Assembly: GCA_045536425.1 (NCBI GenBank)
Contig: JAZSNN010000031.1
Location: forward strand, 60,203 to 124,202
DNA: 64,000 bases
DNA from: Oscillospiraceae bacterium
Lineage (GTDB): Bacteria; Bacillota; Clostridia; Oscillospirales; Ruminococcaceae
Direction of reading: 5' to 3'
Below, piece after piece: positions 47,308 to 55,315 of this stretch (within the stretch, counting starts at the first letter, position 1; each line of letters begins with the position of its first letter). The notes under the pieces were generated by a model. The model saw nothing but the letters and a program-made list of their open reading frames with translations. It had not been told where the DNA came from and ran no database searches. Both the position numbers and the translations under genes were made by a program.

Positions 47308-49526
47308 AGGTTGTTCCTCAGCTTTTCAAATTCCTCGTCGACGAATTTTCTCAGATTCGTGTAGCGATCGGTTTTTCTTTTATTTTCGACCATCTGTGCC
47401 ACCGTCGCCTCTTCACCGAGGATTATCAGTATCTTTTTTGCTCGGGTCACGGCTGTGTACAGAAGATTTCGGTAGTGAAGCTTTGCGTGTTTGCCCATAA
47501 GCGGAAGTATAACTGCGTCAAACTCGCTTCCTTGACTCTTGTGTACGGTCACGGCATAGGCGGCTTCTATTTCGTTTAGTTGCTCGAAGGAATATTCCGC
47601 AACCTTGTCGTCAAAGCGGATTTTCATAGTTGCAAGGCGTTTATCAAGCGCGATTATCTCACCAATATCTCCGTTATAGACGCCCGCTCCCCTTTCGCCG
47701 TCGTCCTTTGTCCAATTTATATCGTAGTTATTCTTTATCTGCATTACCTTGTCGCCCTGACGGAAGATTATCCCGCCAAAGCTATGCTCGGGTTTTTGCG
47801 GTGCGGGGGGATTGAGCACCTGTTGCAATGCTGCATTGAGGTTGTGGGTGCCGAGCTCGCCCATCTTGCTGGGACAGAGCACCTGTATATCCCATTTGGG
47901 CGAAAAGTCATACTTCGCGGGAAGGCGCTTTGAAACAAGGGATATGAGCGTGTCTGCCGCTTTTTGTGGAAGCGCCTCGGGCATAAAGAAAAAGTCCTTG
48001 CTTCTCACCTTCAGTTCGGGCATTTCACCCGCGACTATACAGTGGGCGTTAGTGACAATGAGGCTCTCGGCGGCTTGACGGAATATCTGCGTCAAAGTTA
48101 CTGTAGGGAGTCTATCACAAGCAAGCAGGTCGCCGAGCACGTTTCCGCAACCCACCGACGGAAGCTGATTCGAGTCACCTACTATGATGAGTCTACAGCC
48201 GAGGGGCATTGCTCTGAGAAGCGATTCAAAAAGAAGTATATCCACCATTGAAAACTCGTCGACGATAACTACGTCACAGTTTAGCGGATTTCTCTCGTTG
48301 TGGACAAAATTTGAGCGGTCGCTATCGCGGTAGTCAACCTCCAAAAGTCTATGTATGGTTTTGGCTTCGTATCCCGTGAGCTCGGCAATTCGTTTTGCCG
48401 CGCGTCCTGTAGGAGCGGCTATCTCAACACGAAGTCCCTGTCTTTTATAAAGCGAGATTATGGCGTTTAGCGTGGTGGTTTTTCCCGTACCGGGTCCGCC
48501 TGTGAGAATCAAAATACCTTTATTCATTGCCATTTTGATTGCTTCGCGCTGAAGTGCTTCGTATTTTATCTTATCTTTTTTCTCGAGCTCGTCTATCCAT
48601 TTTTCAGGGTCGGTATCGTTATCCGCAAGGTTAGATAGAAGCGTTGTACGCATAGCGCAGTATCTCTCCGCGGTGTAGAGCTGAGAAAGGTAGAGGTATT
48701 CTTTTCTATTTATATTGCAGTAGGAAAGAACGTTAGTTTCAATCATACTGTTCACGCAAAGTTCAACGTCAAGGCGGGTAGCTCCGAGAAATTCGGTGCT
48801 GATATCTATAACCTTGTCATACGGCAGGCAGGTGTGTCCGTTTTTGCTATTGTAATAAAGCGCGTGGGCAATTCCCGCCTTTATGCGATAGGGGCTGTCT
48901 GAGTCTATACCAAGCTCTGATGCTATTTCGTCTGCTTTTTCAAAGTCTATTCCTATATCCTCGTCACAAAGGACGTAGGGATTTTCGCGGATTATATCCG
49001 CCGAAGCGGTGCCGAATTTTTTCCATATTCTAACGCTGTGCACAGGAGAAATTTTGTATGCGGACAGAAACATCATAACCGCACGGATTCCAAAAACTCT
49101 TTTAAGTTCTGCATTTATAGCCTCTGCCTTTGCGGGCGAAACTCCACGCACCGTTGTGAGCCTTTTGGGGTCTTTTTCGGCTATCTCGAGGGTATCCGCA
49201 CCGAACTCCTCCACCAAACGACGCGCCAAAACAGGCCCGATACCCTTTATCGTGCCTGAAGAAAGATATTTGAGCATTGCGTGAGCCGTCGACGGAAGTC
49301 TTCGCTCGGTCAAGATGACCTTGAACTGTCTGCCAAAGCTGGGGTGGATAGTATAGCTTCCGGTGAGGTCAACCTCCTCGCCTTCTTCTATTCCCGTTAT
49401 CTCCCCTACCGCAGTCACGAGCTCTCCCTCGCAGTCTATCTCCATCACGGTAAATCCCGTGTCCTCATTTCGATAGACAATGTGCTCCACAGCACCCGAA
49501 ATTTTTATCTGCTCGGTGTTTTCCAT
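47304..49526 (-). CDS. recD2: RecD2-like ATP-dependent DNA helicase
   Basis: Start chosen at MENTEQIKISGAVEH with GGAGAA RBS (the ORF-track start lies 33 codons upstream). Evidence is HhH N-terminal domains, Walker A GGPGTGKTT, SF1 motifs and a C-terminal SH3-like region. Confidence 0.85.
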   Translation of the reverse strand: MENTEQIKISGAVEHIVYRNEDTGFTVMEIDCEGELVTAVGEITGIEEGEEVDLTGSYTIHPSFGRQFKVILTERRLPSTAHAMLKYLSSGTIKGIGPVLARRLVEEFGADTLEIAEKDPKRLTTVRGVSPAKAEAINAELKRVFGIRAVMMFLSAYKISPVHSVRIWKKFGTASADIIRENPYVLCDEDIGIDFEKADEIASELGIDSDSPYRIKAGIAHALYYNSKNGHTCLPYDKVIDISTEFLGATRLDVELCVNSMIETNVLSYCNINRKEYLYLSQLYTAERYCAMRTTLLSNLADNDTDPEKWIDELEKKDKIKYEALQREAIKMAMNKGILILTGGPGTGKTTTLNAIISLYKRQGLRVEIAAPTGRAAKRIAELTGYEAKTIHRLLEVDYRDSDRSNFVHNERNPLNCDVVIVDEFSMVDILLFESLLRAMPLGCRLIIVGDSNQLPSVGCGNVLGDLLACDRLPTVTLTQIFRQAAESLIVTNAHCIVAGEMPELKVRSKDFFFMPEALPQKAADTLISLVSKRLPAKYDFSPKWDIQVLCPSKMGELGTHNLNAALQQVLNPPAPQKPEHSFGGIIFRQGDKVMQIKNNYDINWTKDDGERGAGVYNGDIGEIIALDKRLATMKIRFDDKVAEYSFEQLNEIEAAYAVTVHKSQGSEFDAVILPLMGKHAKLHYRNLLYTAVTRAKKILIILGEEATVAQMVENKRKTDRYTNLRKFVDEEFEKLRNNL

Positions 49527-49731
49527 AGGTTCTCCGTAGAAAATGTTTATGGTTAAATTATACCATAAATTGTTGTAATTTTCAATGATGCATCGCCTTT
49601 GGCGATATGATGTTATGCTTCGCATAAAGATGTTGCTCTCGTTGTTCGCAATGATGCGATGTTTGCCAAAACATTAGCGAAGCGACATCATTAGGCAAAG
49701 CCGTCATCATTTGCTGAAAGCAAACATCATT

Positions 49732-49766
49732 GAAAAAAGCACTTGCTGTCGCAAGTGCTTTTTTCT
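49732..49766 (-). terminator. intrinsic terminator of tRNA-Val (bidirectional hairpin)
   Basis: AAAAAAGCACTTGC-tgtc-GCAAGTGCTTTTTT. Confidence 0.6.
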
Positions 49767-49842
49767 TGGTGGACGCTAAGGAACTCGAATCCCTGACCCT
49801 TTGCACGTCAAGCAAATGCTCTACCAGCTGAGCTAAGCGTCC
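49767..49842 (-). tRNA. tRNA-Val (anticodon GAC), CCA encoded
   Basis: Reverse complement GGACGCTTAGCTCAGCTGGTAGAGCATTTGCTTGACGTGCAAAGGGTCAGGGATTCGAGTTCCTTAGCGTCCACCA folds as a cloverleaf with anticodon loop TTGACGT. Confidence 0.8.
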
Positions 49843-49854
49843 GTAACAGTAATT

Positions 49855-49883
49855 ATTATACTTATTGGCGGGTTGAAAGTCAA
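49855..49883 (-). promoter_or_regulatory. promoter of tRNA-Val (TTGACT-17-TATAAT on minus strand)
   Basis: -10 ends 12 nt upstream of the mature tRNA 5' end. Confidence 0.5.
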
Positions 49884-49942
49884 TAGGATTTTATCTTTTT
49901 TAAACATTTTGGGCAATTATGTAACATACTTCAATAAAAAAC

Positions 49943-49972
49943 TTGACAAAAGTGCCTAAATCGTTATACAAT
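49943..49972 (+). promoter_or_regulatory. candidate promoter for rny (TTGACA ... TACAAT)
   Basis: Consensus -35 with -10-like hexamers 16-18 nt downstream; ~200-nt leader before rny. Confidence 0.35.
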
Positions 49973-50184
49973 ATGTATTGGAATATTTATAACATTTTTA
50001 ATGTTTTATTGAATATTTTATCTCCCGATTAGGATTTTCTGTTTTTTAAATTTGTCTTTTCTATATATTTTTAGCGGATTGGGGTTCCTCTTTCCGCAGT
50101 TTTGACATATTTATACGATTTTAACTTCCTTTTCGGGTATCATTCTGCCTATGTGGCATATTTTATCGAAAAGGAGGTTTTTTT

Positions 50185-51756
50185 GTGACATTTGAATTGC
50201 CAATGGTCATACTGTTCTGTGCTATCTCCGCAGTGGCTTTTGCTCTTATTGCCGGTTTTATTTCGTTCAGATTGGGTATCTCATATCGCAAAAGAGTTGC
50301 CGAGGCTGAAATCGGCTCCGCTGAGGAAGAAGCAAGAAAGATTGTTAACAACGCATTAAAAGCAAGTGAAGCAAAGAAGAAAGAGTCTCTTGTAGAGGCT
50401 AAGGACGAAATCTATAAGATGCGTCAAGAAGCTGAAAAAGAGCTCAAAGAACGTCGCAGTGAAGTTCAAAGACAAGAACGCAGACTGCAACAAAAGGAAG
50501 AATCTCTTGACAAAAAACTCGACAACATCGAGAAAAAAGAAGAGGTCCTTCAGGAAAAGCTCCGCGATGCAGACGAAAAGCTCGCTGAGGTAAACGAAAT
50601 CAAAAAGCATCAGTTTGAGATGCTCGAAAAGATTTCAAACTACACCGCCGAGCAGGCTAAAGAGGCTATCCTCGAAGCGCTCGACAAGGAACTCGTTCAC
50701 GAAAAGTCACTCAAGATTGCCGCTTACGAGCAGCAGTACAGAGAGGAATCCGAGCAGAAGGCTCGCGACATCATCTCGGTCGCTATACAGAGATATGCTG
50801 CCGATCAGGTTGCTGAAGCTACCGTTTCTGTTGTTCCGCTCCCCAACGACGATATGAAGGGCCGTATCATTGGCCGTGAGGGTAGAAACATCCGTGCCCT
50901 TGAAACCGCTACGGGCGTTGACCTCATCATCGACGACACTCCCGAAGCTATCACAGTTTCGAGCTTTGACCCCGTCAGACGTGAAATCGCTCGTTTGTCC
51001 CTTGAAAAGCTTATTACCGACGGAAGAATTCATCCTGCTCGTATTGAGGAAATGGTTGAAAAAGCTACCCGTGAGGTTGAGACAAAGATCAAGCAAGACG
51101 GTGAACGCGCTGTTATGGATCTTGGCATCCACGGTATGCATCCCGAGCTTATCAAGCTTCTCGGTCGTCTGCGTTACCGCACAAGCTACGGACAAAACGT
51201 ACTTAATCACTCCATTGAAGTTGCTTATATCGCAGGTATGATTGCCGGAGAGGTTGGCGGAGACGTTGCTCTCGCAAGAAGAGCAGGACTTCTTCACGAC
51301 ATCGGCAAGGCACTCAACCACGAAATCGAAGGTTCTCACGTTGCTATCGGTGTTGATATCTGCCGTAAGTATAAAGAGAACGAGGACGTTATCCACGCTA
51401 TCGAGGCGCACCACGGTGACGTTGACCCCAAGACACTCGTTGCTTGTATCGTTCAGGCTTCCGATGCTCTATCCGCTGCAAGACCCGGTGCAAGAAGAGA
51501 AAACCTGCAGAACTACATCAAGCGTCTTGAAAAGCTTGAGGAGATTGCAGAGTCCTTCAACGGTGTTGACCGCTCGTTTGCTATTCAGGCAGGCCGTGAG
51601 ATTAGAATTATGCTCAAGCCTGAGGTTATCTCCGATGACCAGATGACTCTCGTTGCAAGAGAGATCGTCGAAAAGATTGAAAACGAGATGGAATATCCCG
51701 GACAGATCAAGGTTCATCTTATCAGAGAAAGCCGTGCTATCGAGTACGCAAAATAA
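50185..51756 (+). CDS. rny: ribonuclease Y
   Basis: 523 aa with N-terminal TM helix, long coiled coil, KH domain and HD domain ([13 protein letters not shown]...LLHDIGKA). Confidence 0.9.
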   Translation: MTFELPMVILFCAISAVAFALIAGFISFRLGISYRKRVAEAEIGSAEEEARKIVNNALKASEAKKKESLVEAKDEIYKMRQEAEKELKERRSEVQRQERRLQQKEESLDKKLDNIEKKEEVLQEKLRDADEKLAEVNEIKKHQFEMLEKISNYTAEQAKEAILEALDKELVHEKSLKIAAYEQQYREESEQKARDIISVAIQRYAADQVAEATVSVVPLPNDDMKGRIIGREGRNIRALETATGVDLIIDDTPEAITVSSFDPVRREIARLSLEKLITDGRIHPARIEEMVEKATREVETKIKQDGERAVMDLGIHGMHPELIKLLGRLRYRTSYGQNVLNHSIEVAYIAGMIAGEVGGDVALARRAGLLHDIGKALNHEIEGSHVAIGVDICRKYKENEDVIHAIEAHHGDVDPKTLVACIVQASDALSAARPGARRENLQNYIKRLEKLEEIAESFNGVDRSFAIQAGREIRIMLKPEVISDDQMTLVAREIVEKIENEMEYPGQIKVHLIRESRAIEYAK

Positions 51757-51768
51757 TCAAAAACACAT

Positions 51769-51810
51769 CCGCTCCGAAGTTAAATTCGGGGCGGAATTCT
51801 TTTTATTTTT
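51769..51810 (+). terminator. intrinsic terminator after rny
   Basis: CCGCTCCGAA-gttaaa-TTCGGGGCGG followed by a T-run. Confidence 0.55.
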
Positions 51811-51834
51811 TATTCTAATTTTTTAAAAATACTA

Positions 51835-51863
51835 TTGACATATCAGATTTGTTGTGGTAGAAT
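51835..51863 (+). promoter_or_regulatory. promoter of tRNA-Leu (TTGACA-17-TAGAAT)
   Basis: Perfect -35 with 17-nt spacer; -10 ends 15 nt before the tRNA. Confidence 0.55.
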
Positions 51864-51878
51864 ATCAAGGTACCAAAC

Positions 51879-51961
51879 GCGAAGGTGGCGGAATAGGCAG
51901 ACGCGCACGTTTGAGGGGCGTGTGGGCAACCATGTGGGTTCAAGTCCCATCCTTCGCACCA
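51879..51961 (+). tRNA. tRNA-Leu (anticodon GAG), long variable arm, CCA encoded
   Basis: GCGAAGGTGGCGGAATAGGCAGACGCGCACGTTTGAGGGGCGTGTGGGCAACCATGTGGGTTCAAGTCCCATCCTTCGCACCA; anticodon stem CACGT/GCGTG with loop TTGAGGG. Confidence 0.8.
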
Positions 51962-52005
51962 TAAAAACAGTTCAACCATTAGGTTGGGCTGTTTTTATTT
52001 TGTTT

Positions 52006-52113
52006 GGGACTTGAATATGAGTTCCAAGAGCACAAGTGCAACGCAGTGCGATTGGGAAGAACAGTCCGGTGGACTGTTCTGTTCACGAATGGATAGTCCC
52101 ATCCTTCGCACCA
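52006..52113 (+). ncRNA. tRNA-3'-end-capped structured repeat, copy 1 (ends in an exact copy of the tRNA-Leu T-stem 3' half + acceptor 3' strand + CCA)
   Basis: GGGACTTGAA...(~85 nt with internal hairpins ACAGTCC-ggt-GGACTGT and GCAC-aa-GTGC)...AGTCCCATCCTTCGCACCA. It is preceded by the tRNA-Leu terminator and followed by its own terminator at 52121..52150. Confidence 0.5.
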
Positions 52114-52162
52114 AATAAAGAAGACTCAACCGACAGGTTGGGTCTTTTTTATTTCATTCGAT

Positions 52163-52373
52163 GGGACTTGAATATGAGTTCCAAGAGCACAAGTGCAACG
52201 CAGTGCGATTGGGAAGAACAGTCCGGTGGACTGTTTCGTTCGTGAATGGCAAAGCCGACGAGCGCTGCCGGTGGCAGAAGAAGCGAGGAGGTCTTTGATG
52301 CCGTCGTCGGCTGGATGCGAACGGAATGTGAGCAGACAGACGCTAACGACAAATGGAAATCCCATCCTTCGCA
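52163..52373 (+). ncRNA. tRNA-3'-end-capped structured repeat, copy 2 (same 5' 95 nt as copy 1, then a ~100-nt insertion with a long-range stem, ending TCCCATCCTTCGCA)
   Basis: The first ~95 nt are near-identical to copy 1. The insertion contains the AGCCGACGA...CGTCGTCGGCT inverted repeat. A terminator AGTCCCTGCCGaaatatCGGCAGGGACTTTT follows at 52374..52405. Confidence 0.45.
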
Positions 52374-52408
52374 AAGTCCCTGCCGAAATATCGGCAGGGA
52401 CTTTTGGT

Positions 52409-52969
52409 TTATTTTGCTATTCTTTTTTTAATCGCCTTCGTCGCTTGTTCTATCACCCAAAACACAAAGCAGGTTATTGTTGCTATCAAGAGCGATTGCA
52501 GGACGTCATACAGCGTTATGCTTTTTATCATATCAAAAACTGTAACTGTAATTTCTTCGGGTTTTGCTATGATGGTATCCGCAGGATAACTTGTATAAGG
52601 CGATCCAAAGAATCTTGGATTTAGATAAAACTCCTTAAAACAAAGGTAGGCTAGTGTGGTTGTAGTTGCCATAATACCGTAATACAGCGGTCTTTTCATC
52701 TTTACAAAGATTTGCACAGCAAAGACTATGGTTGCCATTACAAGCGCAGGAACAGCGTTATACAGTACTGTGTTGAGAACGATTTCTACAAAATCGGGGG
52801 ATTTTGAGAAAAGCAAAAAGTAGTCCTTCGTCCCAATCCACTTCGGTGTATTTATCTGTGAATCTGCAAAGACATATGTCGCTACATATACTGCAACTAT
52901 AAGTACAGTTGGTATCACAAACCACAAAAGTTCCTTTTGTCTTTTCTTCATTTTGTTCCTCCCTATCAA
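52409..52969 (-). CDS. hypothetical polytopic membrane protein
   Basis: 186-aa ORF with ~5 hydrophobic helices; alternative start MKKRQKELLWF six codons in. Confidence 0.5.
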   Translation of the reverse strand: MIGRNKMKKRQKELLWFVIPTVLIVAVYVATYVFADSQINTPKWIGTKDYFLLFSKSPDFVEIVLNTVLYNAVPALVMATIVFAVQIFVKMKRPLYYGIMATTTTLAYLCFKEFYLNPRFFGSPYTSYPADTIIAKPEEITVTVFDMIKSITLYDVLQSLLIATITCFVFWVIEQATKAIKKRIAK

Positions 52970-53133
52970 CTAATGTCTGATGTCAAATACGTATCGGGGC
53001 TCCAAAAAGTATTTTTTAAAGCCTTCCTTTATTTTATAATATCATGCTGTTATTAATAAATCAAGGTGTTTTTGAAGGAATATTATTTATATTGCTGATT
53101 CCGAAAAAAATGCGTTTTTATGAAAATTTATAG

Positions 53134-53162
53134 TTGACTTTTCGGAACAAGTGTGGTATCAT
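53134..53162 (+). promoter_or_regulatory. promoter of tRNA-Pro (TTGACT-17-TATCAT with TG extension)
   Basis: Same architecture and spacing to the tRNA 5' end as the tRNA-Leu promoter. Confidence 0.5.
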
Positions 53163-53177
53163 ATATAAGCAAAATAC

Positions 53178-53253
53178 GTCTGGGTGTGGCGCAGCTGGTA
53201 GCGCGCTACCTTGGGGTGGTAGAGGCCGCAAGTTCAAGTCTTGTCACTCAGAC
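53178..53253 (+). tRNA. tRNA-Pro (anticodon GGG), CCA encoded
   Basis: CTGGGTGTGGCGCAGCTGGTAGCGCGCTACCTTGGGGTGGTAGAGGCCGCAAGTTCAAGTCTTGTCACTCAGACCA; anticodon loop TTGGGGT; acceptor stem has one G-U pair. Confidence 0.75.
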
Positions 53254-53297
53254 CAAGAAAAGCCGTCGACTTTCGTCGATGGCTTTTTTTGCGTGGC

Positions 53298-53407
53298 GAG
53301 ACTTGAAGATGAACTCCAAGAGTGCAAGTGTCAACGCAGCACGATTGGGAGAAACAGTCCAGTGGACTGTTTCGTTCGTGGTTGGACAAGTCTTGTCACT
53401 CAGACCA
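53298..53407 (+). ncRNA. tRNA-3'-end-capped structured repeat, copy 3 (homologous to copies 1/2 but capped with the tRNA-Pro 3' end CAAGTCTTGTCACTCAGACCA)
   Basis: It is ~85% identical to copy 1 over the internal ~85 nt. The ACAGTCC-agt-GGACTGT hairpin is preserved with a loop change. It is preceded by the tRNA-Pro terminator (53254..53290) and followed by its own terminator (53408..53440). Confidence 0.5.
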
Positions 53408-53504
53408 AAAAGAGATGCACGAAAGTGCATCTCTTTTTGCATTTATCGCAGAAGCTTTACGGTTTGCACAAACTTCTTGAACTTGCGGGCTCTACCATTG
53501 CCAT

Positions 53505-53570
53505 CCCCGAGCGGTTGTCGCTTTGGCGACGAGCGAGTGGGGGAATCCCCGCTTTTGTAGGCGGGAGTGA
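53505..53570. repeat. left copy of a ~45-bp direct repeat flanking the GDSL-hydrolase gene
   Basis: GTCGCtttgGCGACGAGCGAGTGGGGGAATCCCCGCTTTTGTAGG versus GTCGCagtaGCTACGAGCGAGTGAGGGCATCCGCCGCTTTTATATGG at 54818..54875. Confidence 0.45.
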
Positions 53571-53574
53571 TGAA

Positions 53575-54738
53575 TCAATTGACATCTTCGCTGAACAGAG
53601 CTTTAATCATTGCATTGCTTATCAGATCCATACCAAGCTCATTAGGATGGACACGACGGTCGGCGATATATTTATCAAAATTTTTCCGATTTTCTGTTAT
53701 GCCGCAGTTTTCAAGGTCTACCATAGTGTAGCCAAAGTGCTTGATAATCTTTTCCAGCTCTGCATTAAACTCAGTGGGAGCCGGTACAACGTCTTTTCCA
53801 TCTAAATCCGGCACTCGACGCGGCAACAGTCCCATGCAGTATACCTCAGCGTCGGGATAGCGGACGCTGATTTTGTGGAGCATGATAGCGTAGGCTTCGC
53901 AGGCGGTAGTGGGTTCTGCATCGGATTGAATCAGCGCGTCATAATCCAAATCAGCCGTACCCAGAGTATCCTGATAGTAGCTGTAGTCGTTAGTTCCCAT
54001 AAACACAACGATTATATCAGGTTCTTCACCTGTATTATCGTTGTGAAGCTGCTCACATCGGCTGACATAAGCGCCCTTTGCATCGTCACGTTCTTGCAGT
54101 ACATAGCTTCCGCTCCAGGAATTGTTGACGCACAGCTTCATTTCCAGAGCATCGATAACCTGTTGCCACCACGTTTCCGATTGGGTGACTTCCGTATTTT
54201 TTACACCGTAATACACAGCATTTTCACCGATCGTAGAGTTATAATCGGAATTATTCGATATACCTATGTAGGTTGAAATACTATCGCCAAGGATTGAGAT
54301 AGTTTTACCTGCATAGGGGTTGGAAGTATAATCGGAGAAAAGGGGCACCTCTTCGCCATAGGTGAAGAGCTTACTATCTGCGGTATCCTCCAGTTCTCTC
54401 GCATTATAATCTTCGCCGATCAGAGCAACAAGTGCTTCCTCCCGGGTGGTGTAGGTTCCAACGGGCTCGCCTTTCTTAACAGCTATGACCTTGCCCTGTG
54501 TTACTTCATACAGGAACAGCTTTGGCATTTCGATTTTATCAGCGTTCTCTGCCATATATTCGGTGTACGCGTCCTTCGCCGCCTGCTTGTCATAGTTATC
54601 CTGCGCTTTAGCGTCGGCCTCACGCAAGATCGGAATCATTACCGATGCCAGTATGACAACGACCGCAACCACAGTCACGAGCACTGCAGCAATTAAAACT
54701 TTTTTGTTTTTTGTTCTTTTCATATCATTTATCCTCAT
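53575..54738 (-). CDS. secreted SGNH/GDSL-family hydrolase
   Basis: 387 aa with N-terminal TM/signal anchor, GDS(I) block ILGDSIST and catalytic D/H-containing block VVFMGTNDY...; C-terminal catalytic domain. Confidence 0.75.
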   Translation of the reverse strand: MRINDMKRTKNKKVLIAAVLVTVVAVVVILASVMIPILREADAKAQDNYDKQAAKDAYTEYMAENADKIEMPKLFLYEVTQGKVIAVKKGEPVGTYTTREEALVALIGEDYNARELEDTADSKLFTYGEEVPLFSDYTSNPYAGKTISILGDSISTYIGISNNSDYNSTIGENAVYYGVKNTEVTQSETWWQQVIDALEMKLCVNNSWSGSYVLQERDDAKGAYVSRCEQLHNDNTGEEPDIIVVFMGTNDYSYYQDTLGTADLDYDALIQSDAEPTTACEAYAIMLHKISVRYPDAEVYCMGLLPRRVPDLDGKDVVPAPTEFNAELEKIIKHFGYTMVDLENCGITENRKNFDKYIADRRVHPNELGMDLISNAMIKALFSEDVN

Positions 54739-54817
54739 ATCAGATATTTTGTACTTTCATTGTACCATATTCCGCAAAGAATCTCAAGTTTTCCTCTCAA
54801 ATCGGCAATAAAAAGAT

Positions 54818-54875
54818 AAGTGTCGCAGTAGCTACGAGCGAGTGAGGGCATCCGCCGCTTTTATATGGAAAAAGG
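54818..54875. repeat. right copy of the direct repeat flanking the GDSL-hydrolase gene
   Basis: See feature 53505..53570. Confidence 0.45.
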
Positions 54876-54879
54876 ATGC

Positions 54880-54950
54880 GAAAAATCGCATCCTCTATTT
54901 TTTATATTTTCTTTTAGTTGCTAGGCCTCCGCGAATGTGTCGCAACATTG
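54880..54950. repeat. displaced duplicate of the spoIIID 3' end (last 12 codons) plus its terminator stem
   Basis: Forty-eight consecutive identical nt with 56568..56630. The minus strand encodes ...RHIRGGLATKRKYKK*. The stem GGATGCGA/TCGCATCC is conserved while the loop differs. Confidence 0.65.
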
Positions 54951-55315
54951 AGAGAGGCGTTTTCTCCATTGGAAGCAGAAATCCCAGCGTTTACAAGAGT
55001 ATCGCTTAAAAAACCAGGATAACAAACAATCACGCGCCTCGCGAGAGGAGCGTGTTCCTATATTGTCAAAAGAAAGGTCTATTATGGCACGACCAATCAC
55101 GTAGTCAAAACAATATAGGCTTTTCCTTGCTTTGTTCTTTTACAAACAGTTAAGTGTCCCAGTATACACCGCTTTTTGCAGCGCCTCAATGGGCGTATCC
55201 AAATTATAATTAGTATTCAAAAAACTGTCAACTTTGGTTGGCGGGATTTTTGCTTTTTATTGTTTTTTTGGGGCGGTTGTGGTATATTTTATTCATAGTG
55301 CTTTTGGAGGTTTTT

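Noticed and set aside
49582-49815. 77-aa ORF on the minus strand
   Set aside because: Spans the tRNA-Val gene and its terminator; no RBS.
52036-52624. ORFs 52036..52245, 52193..52624 and 52246..52431 (plus strand; repeated MQRSAIGKNSPVDC... N-termini) and 53134..53805
   Set aside because: They start inside or span tRNA genes, terminators and the tRNA-3'-capped repeats. The shared N-terminal peptide is just the translated repeat. One runs antisense through a real membrane-protein gene.
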